IMG/VR virus record: IMGVR_UViG_3300031992_000081
Source: an uncultured virus (IMG/VR IMGVR_UViG_3300031992_000081)
Taxonomy: Duplodnaviria > Heunggongvirae > Uroviricota > Caudoviricetes
Direction: 5' to 3' (one strand)
DNA length: 64,000 nucleotides
Positions within the stretch are counted from its first letter, which is position 1. Every line of letters begins with the position of its first letter. Below the pieces are notes generated by a model that was not told the origin of the DNA, searched no databases, and saw nothing but the letters and a program-made list of their open reading frames with translations. The translations under genes and the position numbers were made by a program. This document shows, one piece after another, positions 46,424-57,568 of this stretch.

Positions 46424-49400
46424 TCATCCCCTACGACGCCTATTAAGCAGAAGCTCATTCTGACGGTTAATTTCTCTTGTATTAAGAGCTGTAGGAGAAT
46501 TATTAGTTTGATTGTAACTATAATTATTAACATATGTTGATCCAATAGTAGACTGTCTGTATCCTCCAGCGACAGGAACAGAGTTTGCCAACCCTAAGGT
46601 TGTATTTTGATTTAAGAAATCATCCAACACTTGCTGATCCAAATCGATGTTTGTTTCCAAATCGATTGTATTGTTTGACATCCAATCATTGGCATCCCAG
46701 CCACCGAAACCATTATCGGCTCCAAATGTTTGACCAGATATGTCAATATTGAAACCTAAATCTGCTGGCTCAAGTCCACTTAAAGCAGTTTCATCTATAC
46801 CAAATAGTTTCATGAAATCAAGTCCATTTTCTCCACCAAAACCAAGGGATTCAGTTATACCATCAATACCGCCTTTCAGTTTGTCGCCAACGCCTTCAAA
46901 CAGCCAAGACGGATCAAAATTTCCAGATTCATCTGTGAATGAGGATTTTAAGGTTCCCCAGATTCCCTTTGCTACATCGATATTTCCACTTATTCCTTTA
47001 TCCCAACTAAATTCTGAGAATAAACTTTCCATATCCGGAATTCTATTCGACCAATTAGTTTTTACAGTATCGGCCATTGCTCCGATATCAAAGTTTTTCC
47101 CAAAAGCTTCGATTAAAGAATTAGCACCTTCTTTACCACTTTCAGCTGCAGCCGAATTAGCGGCCGATGTTCTAGCCTGATAGTAATCCATTGCCGGATT
47201 TTCATCCGAACTAGCAAATACATCATTAATTGAACCTATATATGTATCAGCTGTCATTCCTCCGGCCATAGAAATCTTAGACAAATCTGTAGAAGATAAC
47301 TGTGTAAGACCGCCTACAACATTTGTTGTGATTTCGTTATAGACTCTCTTAGCAGGAGAATTGATATTAAAACCTCTTTTCGATTTAAGAGCTTCTATTA
47401 CTGTATCCGATACTTTATAACCCGCCATTTTGAGTTTCATGATAGAAAACGGATCTAACATTCCTGCGTAGGTTCCTGCAGCAACTGCTTCACCAACCGG
47501 TATGGTTTTAGAGCGCATAGTATCAGCATTGTATTCCGAAGTAAAAGTAGAATATATCTTTGATACTACTTGCTTCATCATTCCAAGTATAGTTGGGCCG
47601 TCAATGTGTGCTAATGTATTTACTAAATTCTGGAATATCTGTTTACTAAACGGATTTGTCATTACGTCTAATCCATTAACTATAACATTATTTAATCCAG
47701 AATTCTCAGGATCTGTTAACAAAGAGCCAAATTTAGTATGCAAATTGCCCAAAGTATTAGTCATTTGTATTCCTAATTCGCCATTATTAACAGAACTATC
47801 GAGATAATTTGTGGATGACTTAACACTATCATTCCATACCGGGTTTCCAGTAGTTGCTAAAGCAGCAGCCTCACCTATAGCCGGATTGCTTAATGTACTC
47901 AGGAACAGACCATTGACATTATTTGCGCCATTAATAATTGCGCCGCCTAATTGTCCGCCATTAAGATCATTATCCAACTCGGTTATCGATTCTTCAGTAG
48001 TTTCTTTAAATAAATTTCTCCTTCTGCTCTTGCCATTATTCCAACTATTAAGAGAGGCTTTATCCCAAGCATCCACTGTTTGGTCATTAGCATCTTCCAT
48101 ATTAGATTTAATACCACCATTTGTGACTTCAGAAGAATATTCTTCGATTTCATCATTAGTGTTATCAACTAACTGGTTATTTTGATTTGCGGCTCTCTTT
48201 GCTGTTGCTACGTTGTAATTTTCAGTTTCATCAGGATTTAATTTATCGTTTATATCTTTAACAGGATTAAATGATGTATCTTCTGGCTGTTCTGTATTAT
48301 TGTCCCATTTTCTTTTTCTATTTTCATGAACACCAGAACCAGAACTAGAGCTTCCCTTGCCTTTATTATCGCCAGCATACCAGTTTTTCTTTATAGCACT
48401 GAATGTTGCCAAAGCAGCAATGGTTCCTTCTATTCCTCCACCGGCACTCAAAAACTCTTCAATAGGCTGTATAAGATCTTCAGAGAAGAAACCTTCAAGA
48501 AAACCAAACATTATTTTTCGGCCTATACTGCCCATCATTGTAGCCCATCTTTCGGCATTCGAATCTGCAAACACTAATATTGCGTCAATAATCGTAGCCA
48601 ATGACCCCATTATAGTTGGATTGGTAACTATTGCAGCGATACCGCCTAATAGGATAATTAACATCTGTGTTGCAAAATTAACGAAATTAGTAAGTCTTGT
48701 TAAAGTCCATTGCTGAAGTTTATCGATTATGGATCCTAAAAGTGTTAGTATTGTAGGCAAGTTCTGATCTAATTTCGTAAGGCCTTCTATTAAGCCTTCG
48801 ATCAATGCACCACCTAAAGCTTTCATTCCTTCATTAAGATCGTTCTTCTTATCTTTGCAACTTATTACTGTTTCGATAAATGTTTGTAGTGCATTTGCTA
48901 TATTTTCTACTGCTTCGGTAATAAGATACGCCAATACGCCTACGGCTACCATCATTAATGAGAAAGCTAAAATGGCTGCGCCAAAAGCTAATATAACACC
49001 AATTCCGTCGACACCGAAAAATCTAGCGGCGGCGGTTAATACCATTAATCCAGCTATAACTACACCAAGAACAACTATTATACCGGCAAATGCAGCCACT
49101 TGAGCTAACATTGTTTTAAACTTTATGTCCTTAAGTCTTTCCATAGCTCTAGCTATAATATAAATAGATGTAGCGCAACCAAGAACTGCACCCATTCCCG
49201 CTAGGGCACCCTTCCAATCAATGTCAGCTGCTATAAGAATAACGGTCGTCATAGCAGTTAATACTGCGCCTATAACAAGTATAGCACCAGTAGAGCTCCA
49301 TAGGCTAAGCTGATCAATTTTGGCCATCTTCATAACTACTTGAGCTACTAAACTAAGTGCCAAAGCAACTACGGCAACCATGCCTAATGTAGTTAATGCT

Positions 49401-52400
49401 TTTCCTACACTAGACGGCGCTCCGTTGGCAATAACATCGACTAATAGCCAGGTTATTAAAGTCAATACACCGCCAATTGCAGTTATGGTAAGTGCTGCCT
49501 TTGTGAGCGACCAGGCATCGAAATCAGTTAACGGAATTAATGATTTTGATAAACCATAAATAGCTGCTGAAACAATAATGAACGATGCTAACGTGGCTGC
49601 GAGTTTAACGCCCATTCCAGTGGAATATGCGCCATTCACAACATGTTTCATGATAAACCAAGTTAAAGCGCCCATGAAAGCGCCTAATGCTCCAACTATA
49701 ATTCCTGCAGCAATTAAACTACCGACATTAAGATTATCGTTGCTAGCTATTTTAACTGCTAAATTCGAAAATGCTGTGATTATTATCGCCAATCCTGCAC
49801 CGATGCCTAAAAGAACTGCAACCGCTGGTATGAAATTTCCGCCTACGGAAGATGCTATTAATAATCTTTCAGCGGCCCATGCTATAAGGTAAATCATTGC
49901 ACCGAAACCAAGCATAATAAGATCAGCTTGAAAAGCTCCAAAATCTGCTTTTGACATTGCTTCAATCAGCAAACTAAGAGCCGCGGCCATTGGGACCATC
50001 GCAATAGCCATAACTAATATTGCTGCACCGGCGGTTAAAGAATCTTCGAAATTTATATCAGCCATAAGATATGACATTAATACAGCTAATCCTGCTATAG
50101 CAGAGAATGCTATAACAAAACCGCCTAAAACACCTATGTATTCTAAGAAATTAATATTAGTGGCATCTACCGTTTTAATAAGCATGCTTATAGCGGCAAC
50201 CATAGGAATCATAGCCAAAGACATTAAAGCTATCATTCCTGCGGTCTTTATTGCTTCAGTCCCAATATCGGCCGAAGCAGCATTTAATCCTATTGCTATA
50301 GCGGCAAGTAAACCAACACTCGCTATCAATGCTATTCCGCCTTTTAACAATGTAGATAGTTTCATACTACCTAATAGGCTAATAGATACGGAAATTAATA
50401 ACGTAGATGCTATTAAAATAGACATAGTAATAGCAGCGGTCCATAATCCGTCAGTATTTACATTTGAAAGCAACCTTAAAATAATTGCCATTTCTCCAAA
50501 TAGTGCAGCAATTCCAATAAATGCTAATAATGTTTTTCCGAAATTGTTATCCGCGATTCTTGTTATTGCTTTACTAATCAATAATGAGGCAGCTCCAACG
50601 GCCATTATAACTAGAGCTATTTGTACTAATTGACTTTGGAAAAATGCACTTTTTATTCCTTGTGTAGCCGTTATCTCTCTATAAACAAGCAATAATGCAC
50701 TTGGAACTAGAATAAGAACCGCCATTATTCCGGATAATGCCAATATAGTTTTAGTCCAGTCGTCTACATCATCTACAACATTAGCTATTAACTTTAGTGC
50801 TTTAGCCATTATTAAAATACCGATAGCGGTAGATAATAACATAGATGATAGTCCGAATAATGCACCGCCTATTGCTACTCCGCCTAATCCACCAACGGAA
50901 GATATTATTCCGGTTATCACAATCATTGCGCCAACGCCGATTGCGATTGGCTTGACTAAAATCCAAATATTGTCCATTCCTCTCTTGAATATCGAAGTAG
51001 GAATTATACCTAATATAAATGTTGCTGCTGCTAATATCAATAATGCAGATGCAAATCCGATCATCATAGATGCTAAACCTGTTAATTCAGCAGCCATTTC
51101 TAAGCCTTTTAATCTAAGTAACTTAGTGCCTAACAGGCTATTAAATACAAAGTTAAGTGTTAACATTATAGCAGCTAAACCAATCATCATTTTTATAAGT
51201 TTCCGCAATGTAGCATAACCAGCATCTAGAATATCGATATCGAAGTGATCTTCGATCACACTAATTGCGCCCAATCCTATTATTACTAACGAAAGTGCTA
51301 CTATAGCCCCTATAAATGTTTTAAACATATTGGCTAATACAAATAGTGTATCAGTTGTAGTAGAAAGTGAGAGTTGTCCTGCTGCAATGTTTAAACTTGT
51401 ACTTAATTTTCCGGCAACTAAATATAATGCTACTAGCAAACCACCAATAGCAACTGATATTCCTAATAATATGTCTTTTGCTCGGTCTATAGCTTTTTCT
51501 AATTCACCTTCATGGGTTGCTTTTGCCAATGTAACCATAGCTATTGCTAATATTACAAATATACCGCCAACTATACCAATAGCTAATGCTACTTCTTTCA
51601 TAGAAGATGCATATTTTTCCACTTTTGCTGCTTTCATAGTTTTTCCCAATTCGAATAGTAAACTATTAAAATTGTTTAATATACCAGCAGCAATTTGAGG
51701 AAAATCAGCGTTAAATCGTGATAGTAATTTTGGTATTTTCCAAATCGCATATGCTATTGCACCTACAAGAAGAATCAAAACTATACCAAATGTGCTCAAT
51801 AAGGATTTTGCCCAATCGAAATCAAAGTCGGTAAGTGTTTTCTTTATATTGCCAAAGAAAGTTGCGATTCTTTCCGAAATGCTAGGCAGTTTTTCGGTTT
51901 CTTTATCAACATTATCTAATGCCTTAGAAAACGGGGATTCTTCTTCACCTTGTAACTGAGAAAATACGCCGCCAGACCAACTGGATTTAAATTCGGCGCC
52001 ATTTTCTTCATCTTCGTAACCTAATATTTTTTTCACTGTATGGCCTACACTTTCGATAGTAGATGATACAGTTTCGGCGTCTTCTTTTACCTTACCAATG
52101 GTTCTTGAAATAGGACCTAAAATAGATTCTTCCGGCTCTATTATTTCTTTACCTTTATTTAAACCAAATAAATCTTTTATTTTTTCTTTTACTTTATCAG
52201 CTACTTCACCAATCTTACCAAATATTTCTTTAGCTTTATCCCAACCCGGTAGCTCAAAATTGTCCGTGAAATACGCTTTAAAAGAATCCCATTTTTCTCC
52301 TAATGAAGTCTTTTCTAATATTATTTCTTTTGTCTTCGAGAACAAGTTACCTATTTTTCCAAATAGTTCTTTTGCTTTTTCCCAGCCAGGCATTTTAAAG

Positions 52401-54346
52401 TTTTCGGTAAAATATGATTTAACAGCTGCCCATTTTTCACTTAAAGATAACTTAGGATCAAAAATTATGTCTTTCACAGGTTTCCACCAGTTGATAACGC
52501 TGATAAAACCTTCTTTAATTTTTGGGCCTATGCTGGCGAAGAATTCTGCTATTTTATCTTTTGCCAGCTTTAACTTATCTTTTACGTTTTCAAAGAACGG
52601 ACCAAAATAGTCTCCGTTTCCGACTGTCTTTATTTTTTCATCGAATTCGAATATTAAATCGAAAAATCCAACAAAATAATCCCATACTCCAGCTTTTTGC
52701 ATAGCTGCTTTTCCGATATTAAATATTGGATCTATAATGTGTTTCTTAAACGATGATCCAAACTCTCGGATTATGTCTATTCCTGCGGCTAAACCTCTAA
52801 CGATATGATAAAGGTCACTATTTTTCCAACCTTCTCCATTTAAGAATTCTGAATTTTTAAATGCTTCGGAAATGTCGCGAACTTTTTGCGTTATTTTTAC
52901 TAAAATTCCAGCAAAACTTTCAGCATTAGGAAAAACCGCATGTATAGCACTACTGATATTGCTTCCTATCAGACTAACAATATCAAATAAGTTTACAAAA
53001 GTAACTCTTATGTTTTCTGCTATTTTTGCAGCTCTTGACATAGGCTCCTCATAAGCCATATATGTATGGGAGCTCATTCCAGGAATAGCTTTTTCAACCC
53101 AGGAACCTTCTGTCCATGGTTCTAAGAAATCTGAGAATAATCCTCCTTTTTTCTTAAGCACCCATTTTGATCCAGTTACTTCACCAGTTTCTTCATCTAT
53201 AATATCCTCTTTTTCGGCAAACCGACTTACAAATTTATCGATTACGCCAGCTACATTATAACCAAAAAGAGTTATTATAGGCTTAATTGCAGAGTTTAGA
53301 TCATTAATTGACAATCTGAGAATTTCAAAAGCATGAACTAATGGTCCACCATTCTCGATAATAGGAGTAAAGAAATTCTCACCAATTCTTGCTAAAGCTG
53401 ATCTAGTGTTCGCCATAACACCACTTAAAGTCTCATTAGCTTTAACAGCGTGTTCACCGAACTTCTCATACATTGCCTCAATTACCAGCATAGGGTCAAG
53501 AACTGAATTCTTATCTGAAGTTATTTCACTAATGTCTGCTTCAGTCCAGTCAGTCTTACCTTGATAACCAACTTTAGAAAAGTAATCGGCAACGATAGCT
53601 TTAGCACCTATACCATAGGTACCTAATTCGTTAAGCTGAGACGCATATACTTTACCGTATGACATCATCTTCATAAAGATACGACCGATATCAGCATAAT
53701 CAGCATTACCACCGGTTCCGGCAGCGGTACCAGAAATAGATCTTAATACCATTGCCATCGTATCGATATCAGATTCTACACCTGACAAATTGACATATGT
53801 TTGTCCAGGTTTCAAACCAGAAGCAGTTAACTGCGAAGCTACTATAGCCGCCTGGTCCAAAGAATATGCTGTGTTATTAACCGCGTATTCGATATCACTT
53901 TTAATTTCATTCCAACTAATTCCCATGCCTTCCAGCTGGAATTTAGCCGCTTGAATATTACTGGCTCTCTTGTAACCGCCTTGAATGATTCCATTTTCGG
54001 CATATGTTACAATTCGATCAACACCATCGAATACGTTTTTAATAACTTTGTAAATGTCATCAGCTATGTTCTGAACAATTCGTCCAGTAAACTGTCCCAA
54101 TGTGGACATTCTATATTCGATTCTATCTAAAACACTATTTATTTTAGCATCATCGATATCGCCAATAGAGTTAACATTTCTCTTGAAATCTGAAAGGTCA
54201 ATATCTCCAAGTTTATCTTGAACATCTTTAAAATTAAGGCTCTCTTTTAACTTATCAAGTGTCTTTAACGATTCTTCTGCATTCGCTTCGAAATTCTTAT
54301 TATCGAACTTCATAAACACAACGCGTTCGTCAATGCTAGCGCCCAT
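46424..54346 (-). CDS. tape measure protein
   Basis: 2640 aa; N-terminal IDERVV.MKFDN, tape-measure core (TAYSLDQAA), long Ala/Ile/Gly-rich hydrophobic repeats. Confidence 0.9.
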   Translation of the reverse strand: MGASIDERVVFMKFDNKNFEANAEESLKTLDKLKESLNFKDVQDKLGDIDLSDFKRNVNSIGDIDDAKINSVLDRIEYRMSTLGQFTGRIVQNIADDIYKVIKNVFDGVDRIVTYAENGIIQGGYKRASNIQAAKFQLEGMGISWNEIKSDIEYAVNNTAYSLDQAAIVASQLTASGLKPGQTYVNLSGVESDIDTMAMVLRSISGTAAGTGGNADYADIGRIFMKMMSYGKVYASQLNELGTYGIGAKAIVADYFSKVGYQGKTDWTEADISEITSDKNSVLDPMLVIEAMYEKFGEHAVKANETLSGVMANTRSALARIGENFFTPIIENGGPLVHAFEILRLSINDLNSAIKPIITLFGYNVAGVIDKFVSRFAEKEDIIDEETGEVTGSKWVLKKKGGLFSDFLEPWTEGSWVEKAIPGMSSHTYMAYEEPMSRAAKIAENIRVTFVNLFDIVSLIGSNISSAIHAVFPNAESFAGILVKITQKVRDISEAFKNSEFLNGEGWKNSDLYHIVRGLAAGIDIIREFGSSFKKHIIDPIFNIGKAAMQKAGVWDYFVGFFDLIFEFDEKIKTVGNGDYFGPFFENVKDKLKLAKDKIAEFFASIGPKIKEGFISVINWWKPVKDIIFDPKLSLSEKWAAVKSYFTENFKMPGWEKAKELFGKIGNLFSKTKEIILEKTSLGEKWDSFKAYFTDNFELPGWDKAKEIFGKIGEVADKVKEKIKDLFGLNKGKEIIEPEESILGPISRTIGKVKEDAETVSSTIESVGHTVKKILGYEDEENGAEFKSSWSGGVFSQLQGEEESPFSKALDNVDKETEKLPSISERIATFFGNIKKTLTDFDFDWAKSLLSTFGIVLILLVGAIAYAIWKIPKLLSRFNADFPQIAAGILNNFNSLLFELGKTMKAAKVEKYASSMKEVALAIGIVGGIFVILAIAMVTLAKATHEGELEKAIDRAKDILLGISVAIGGLLVALYLVAGKLSTSLNIAAGQLSLSTTTDTLFVLANMFKTFIGAIVALSLVIIGLGAISVIEDHFDIDILDAGYATLRKLIKMMIGLAAIMLTLNFVFNSLLGTKLLRLKGLEMAAELTGLASMMIGFASALLILAAATFILGIIPTSIFKRGMDNIWILVKPIAIGVGAMIVITGIISSVGGLGGVAIGGALFGLSSMLLSTAIGILIMAKALKLIANVVDDVDDWTKTILALSGIMAVLILVPSALLLVYREITATQGIKSAFFQSQLVQIALVIMAVGAASLLISKAITRIADNNFGKTLLAFIGIAALFGEMAIILRLLSNVNTDGLWTAAITMSILIASTLLISVSISLLGSMKLSTLLKGGIALIASVGLLAAIAIGLNAASADIGTEAIKTAGMIALMSLAMIPMVAAISMLIKTVDATNINFLEYIGVLGGFVIAFSAIAGLAVLMSYLMADINFEDSLTAGAAILVMAIAMVPMAAALSLLIEAMSKADFGAFQADLIMLGFGAMIYLIAWAAERLLIASSVGGNFIPAVAVLLGIGAGLAIIITAFSNLAVKIASNDNLNVGSLIAAGIIVGALGAFMGALTWFIMKHVVNGAYSTGMGVKLAATLASFIIVSAAIYGLSKSLIPLTDFDAWSLTKAALTITAIGGVLTLITWLLVDVIANGAPSSVGKALTTLGMVAVVALALSLVAQVVMKMAKIDQLSLWSSTGAILVIGAVLTAMTTVILIAADIDWKGALAGMGAVLGCATSIYIIARAMERLKDIKFKTMLAQVAAFAGIIVVLGVVIAGLMVLTAAARFFGVDGIGVILAFGAAILAFSLMMVAVGVLAYLITEAVENIANALQTFIETVISCKDKKNDLNEGMKALGGALIEGLIEGLTKLDQNLPTILTLLGSIIDKLQQWTLTRLTNFVNFATQMLIILLGGIAAIVTNPTIMGSLATIIDAILVFADSNAERWATMMGSIGRKIMFGFLEGFFSEDLIQPIEEFLSAGGGIEGTIAALATFSAIKKNWYAGDNKGKGSSSSGSGVHENRKRKWDNNTEQPEDTSFNPVKDINDKLNPDETENYNVATAKRAANQNNQLVDNTNDEIEEYSSEVTNGGIKSNMEDANDQTVDAWDKASLNSWNNGKSRRRNLFKETTEESITELDNDLNGGQLGGAIINGANNVNGLFLSTLSNPAIGEAAALATTGNPVWNDSVKSSTNYLDSSVNNGELGIQMTNTLGNLHTKFGSLLTDPENSGLNNVIVNGLDVMTNPFSKQIFQNLVNTLAHIDGPTILGMMKQVVSKIYSTFTSEYNADTMRSKTIPVGEAVAAGTYAGMLDPFSIMKLKMAGYKVSDTVIEALKSKRGFNINSPAKRVYNEITTNVVGGLTQLSSTDLSKISMAGGMTADTYIGSINDVFASSDENPAMDYYQARTSAANSAAAESGKEGANSLIEAFGKNFDIGAMADTVKTNWSNRIPDMESLFSEFSWDKGISGNIDVAKGIWGTLKSSFTDESGNFDPSWLFEGVGDKLKGGIDGITESLGFGGENGLDFMKLFGIDETALSGLEPADLGFNIDISGQTFGADNGFGGWDANDWMSNNTIDLETNIDLDQQVLDDFLNQNTTLGLANSVPVAGGYRQSTIGSTYVNNYSYNQTNNSPTALNTREINRQNELLLNRRRRG

Positions 54347-54729
54347 TATTTAACCGCCTCCTTCCAGACTTTATCAGCCATATTATCGAAGATGGGGCGA
54401 AGAGCCGGATTAATATAATCACGACCTTCAACCCAACCTCCGTTTCTAGTTGCATGGCCATATTGTAAAATGATGGCTATTGGCACACCACCATCTTTAT
54501 TTCGGTTCAAAAACGTTATGGTATACTTGCCATTTTGATTTTTTGTGATTTCATAGTACCAAGAGGTAGCTGTTTCACCACTGTCTTTAGGAGTGTATGC
54601 TTCTAAACTTTGTACGCCAAGTTCACCATATTGTCTAAGAACATTCAAATCTATGCTATTTTTAGATGTTCTTTCAAGAAGTTTAGTGGTTTTTTCCCAC
54701 TTTCCTGTTGAAGAAAAATAAATTCCCAT
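54346..54729 (-). CDS. HK97 gp10-like tail completion protein
   Basis: TPKDSGETATSW...ILQYGHATRNGGWVEGRDYINPA; start MGIY. Confidence 0.7.
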   Translation of the reverse strand: MGIYFSSTGKWEKTTKLLERTSKNSIDLNVLRQYGELGVQSLEAYTPKDSGETATSWYYEITKNQNGKYTITFLNRNKDGGVPIAIILQYGHATRNGGWVEGRDYINPALRPIFDNMADKVWKEAVK

Positions 54730-54733
54730 AAGC

Positions 54734-55300
54734 TCATCCTTTCGAGCCCATAGCCATCCTTCTAGCTTTATTAAGTGAAGAATTCCTGCTAAGAATGTCT
54801 TTCTTGGACATCTTAGAACCTCCTTCATTCTTTACACCACAAACTCTAATAAGAGTAAGTAAACGGTTAATATGCCATTTCTGAGCTTCCCAAGGAATAT
54901 CATTTGCTATCATGTAGTAATAGATTAATTCATTGGTTAAGACTTCAGATCTCATTTTAGAACCTCTCATACCTCCATTGGCTTTATCATTAAACCAAGT
55001 TGCAGTATGTGGATCATTAATGTATTCTTCTATAGCTTTTAAGTTTTCTGTAGTCAAAAACTTATAAACTTTAGGATCAACATTCGGAGTGACTGTCATA
55101 CATTTAATGTAATCCATAATATCTTCTGGTGTCTTTTTTGGCTCTTCAGAAAGATATGGTTTTTTATGAGTGGCTTCCCATTTACTAATAGATATTAAAG
55201 AATGCTCTAATTGAATGGTCCAATCACGATCCAAAGACTCAAAAGTCTCAGAAACCGGATCCCAGGCATCTTCTTTTGCTTTAATCGTAATTGTGAGCAT
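54734..55300 (-). CDS. tail assembly chaperone-like protein
   Basis: LEHSLISISKWE...WHINRLLTLIRVC; position between major tail and tape measure. Confidence 0.6.
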   Translation of the reverse strand: MLTITIKAKEDAWDPVSETFESLDRDWTIQLEHSLISISKWEATHKKPYLSEEPKKTPEDIMDYIKCMTVTPNVDPKVYKFLTTENLKAIEEYINDPHTATWFNDKANGGMRGSKMRSEVLTNELIYYYMIANDIPWEAQKWHINRLLTLIRVCGVKNEGGSKMSKKDILSRNSSLNKARRMAMGSKG

Positions 55301-55303
55301 TTT

Positions 55304-55732
55304 TTAAGACTCTACTTTCTTGATGGCTCCAGCATCAGTTTGTTTTTTAGCTTCCGCGGCTGCCTTCTCACGAAGTTCCTTAGGCATGCACTCAATAATA
55401 AACTGAGACGCCTTTTCGCCGTCGGTTACCAGCTCCATATAAAGCTGGTCGTATGCATTAGTGCTCTTAAACTCCTCAAAGATGGCATCAGATTTAACAA
55501 ACGTCTTACCATCAGGGGACTTAACACCATATGTAGCTTTGATGATCTCTTCGAATGTTTCCAAGAGTGTTTTGCCATCTTTTGCTTCAACTGCTCTTCT
55601 GATCCATTCTGTAAGACCGCCGCCATGAGAATACTCTAGCTTAGTCAATTCGGTCTTTGTGAGATTAAAATAAAAAGTTTCCTGTCTCTCTTCATCGTTA
55701 AAATCAGTGTATGTAATAGTTCTTTTATACAT
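55304..55732 (-). CDS. tail assembly chaperone
   Basis: TITYTDFN...FYFNLTK...YGVKSPDG; position after the major tail genes. Confidence 0.65.
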   Translation of the reverse strand: MYKRTITYTDFNDEERQETFYFNLTKTELTKLEYSHGGGLTEWIRRAVEAKDGKTLLETFEEIIKATYGVKSPDGKTFVKSDAIFEEFKSTNAYDQLYMELVTDGEKASQFIIECMPKELREKAAAEAKKQTDAGAIKKVES

Positions 55733-55739
55733 CTTATTA

Positions 55740-55960
55740 CTCCTCCATAAATTTTAAATAAAAAAGAAAGGGAGTTTCCCGCCACTATTCTCCCCTATGG
55801 ACGTTATCCGTATATTGGAAACGCGATTGCTAAATTAAAACGTCCTCCCAGCAATCCTTATTTTTTTTAATTTAAGAAGAGCCCACGCCGCCTCTCTTCT
55901 AACTGAACCTGTGACCTTGACCTAAGTACAAGTAGGTTCGCCCACTTCATTTTGATTTTT
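55740..55960 (-). promoter_or_regulatory. structured intergenic region (hairpins, H-type pseudoknot, terminator)
   Basis: Interleaved 7-bp stems 55799-805/55839-845 and 55825-831/55850-856; terminator-like hairpin at about 55760-55797. Confidence 0.5.
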
Positions 55961-55967
55961 CTACTAA

Positions 55968-56858
55968 TTAAGTGCTAGTAGATACAACAACTGTGTTACC
56001 GGCTACTGTATAAGTTTCACCACTAGTGAATGCTGCACCGTTAACTGTTACAGTACCGCCTGTTACAGAAATGGTAAGGACATCACCAGCTACGATATCG
56101 GCATTATTAGCCAAAGCAGTACCGTTACGGGTTACGGACAGAGTCGTATCATCGCCCTGCGTAAGTGTAAGCTTATAACCAGATGTTCCACTAAGAATAC
56201 CAATAAGTTCTGCTACTGTAGGAAGTGCAGGATCGGAATTAGTAGTTCCGTACAACTTGTCCTCCAACGTCTTCAAACGAGTCTTAAGTGCCTCAGTATT
56301 GAAATCTGTGGATTTAATCTCGAAGATAGCACACGGCTTAATACCAGTAATTCCAGTATCAACCGGAACTGTATTAAACTCGTAAGAGAATTCGATTGCG
56401 TTCGGATTGTCGTTTACTGTCTGATATTCTTCATCAGACGGAGAAGCAGTTGCTCCATAAACGATGTAGATCTTGTAACCATAATCAGTGCCTTCGGTAT
56501 CATTACCGATAAGAGTGCGGCAAGAGAAACCAAAAGTCTTTCTAGACTGCTGTCCAACATAAAGACCAACTGCTCCAGATATACCGCGCTTACCATTACA
56601 CTCTTCCCATTCTTTCGGGAAAGTGTAACATTTTATTGTACCCTTCTTATCTTCAGTAGCAATAAGATTCAGGTATTTAATGTTATCAGCATAAATGGCA
56701 TTAGCTGTACCGCCATCGGAAGATGTCTGGAAAGATGTGAGACCGTTCCACGCAACACCAGTACCATAATCAGTACCATCGTTAACATAGAGAACACCTC
56801 TATCTACACCAGTTGCATACAGCTTCTCGCCAGTCTGATCCCAAAGAAGCTTTGCCAT
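55968..56858 (-). CDS. major tail protein, copy 2, with C-terminal extension
   Basis: LWDQTGEKLY.TGVDRGVLY, AWNGLT, IYADNIKY; extra Thr/Val-rich beta domain of about 70 aa. Confidence 0.85.
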   Translation of the reverse strand: MAKLLWDQTGEKLYATGVDRGVLYVNDGTDYGTGVAWNGLTSFQTSSDGGTANAIYADNIKYLNLIATEDKKGTIKCYTFPKEWEECNGKRGISGAVGLYVGQQSRKTFGFSCRTLIGNDTEGTDYGYKIYIVYGATASPSDEEYQTVNDNPNAIEFSYEFNTVPVDTGITGIKPCAIFEIKSTDFNTEALKTRLKTLEDKLYGTTNSDPALPTVAELIGILSGTSGYKLTLTQGDDTTLSVTRNGTALANNADIVAGDVLTISVTGGTVTVNGAAFTSGETYTVAGNTVVVSTST

Positions 56859-56873
56859 AATCAGTTCCTCCTA

Positions 56874-57554
56874 TTAACCGTTGTTGCCACTAAGAATGTT
56901 AATAAGCTGAGTTACGGTAGGAAGCGTAGGAGCAGAATTAGCAGTACCATAAAGCAGATCTTCAAGAGTAGTAAGTCTAGACTCATTAGCACTTGTGAAA
57001 TCTGTAGACTTAATCTCAAAGATAGCACACGGTTTGATACCAGTAATACCTACGTCAACCGGAACTGTATTAAATTCGTAAGAGAACTCAATAGCATTCG
57101 GGTTATCGTTTACTGTCTGATATTCTTCATCAGACGGAGAAGCAGTTGCTCCATAAACGATGTAAATCTTGTAACCGTAATCAGTACCTTCAGTATCATT
57201 ACCGATAAGAGTACGACAAGAGAAACCGAAAGTTCTTCTAGACTGCTGGTTTACATAAAGACCAGTTGCGCCACTAATTGTGCGCTTACCGTTGCACTCT
57301 TCCCACTCATCCGGGTAAGTATAGCACTTAATTGTACCCTTCTTATCCTCGGTTGCAATGAGGTTGAGATACTTAATGTTATCGGCATAAATAGCGTTTG
57401 CCGTACCGCCATCAGACGACGTCTGGAAAGATGTAAGACCGTTCCAAGCTACGCCATCCTGGTAACCGTTTCCGTCATTTACATACAGAACACCACGGTC
57501 AACACCAGTGGAATAGAGCTTATCGCCGGTCTGATCCCAAAGAAGCTTTGTCAT
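56874..57554 (-). CDS. major tail protein, copy 1
   Basis: Highly similar to copy 2 over about 220 aa. Confidence 0.85.
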   Translation of the reverse strand: MTKLLWDQTGDKLYSTGVDRGVLYVNDGNGYQDGVAWNGLTSFQTSSDGGTANAIYADNIKYLNLIATEDKKGTIKCYTYPDEWEECNGKRTISGATGLYVNQQSRRTFGFSCRTLIGNDTEGTDYGYKIYIVYGATASPSDEEYQTVNDNPNAIEFSYEFNTVPVDVGITGIKPCAIFEIKSTDFTSANESRLTTLEDLLYGTANSAPTLPTVTQLINILSGNNG

Positions 57555-57568
57555 AAAGCAGTTTCCTC

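Noticed and set aside
54734..55732. Programmed frameshift between the tail chaperone genes
   Set aside because: A stop and a separate ATG four bases apart are present, and I could not identify a convincing slippery site; not excluded.
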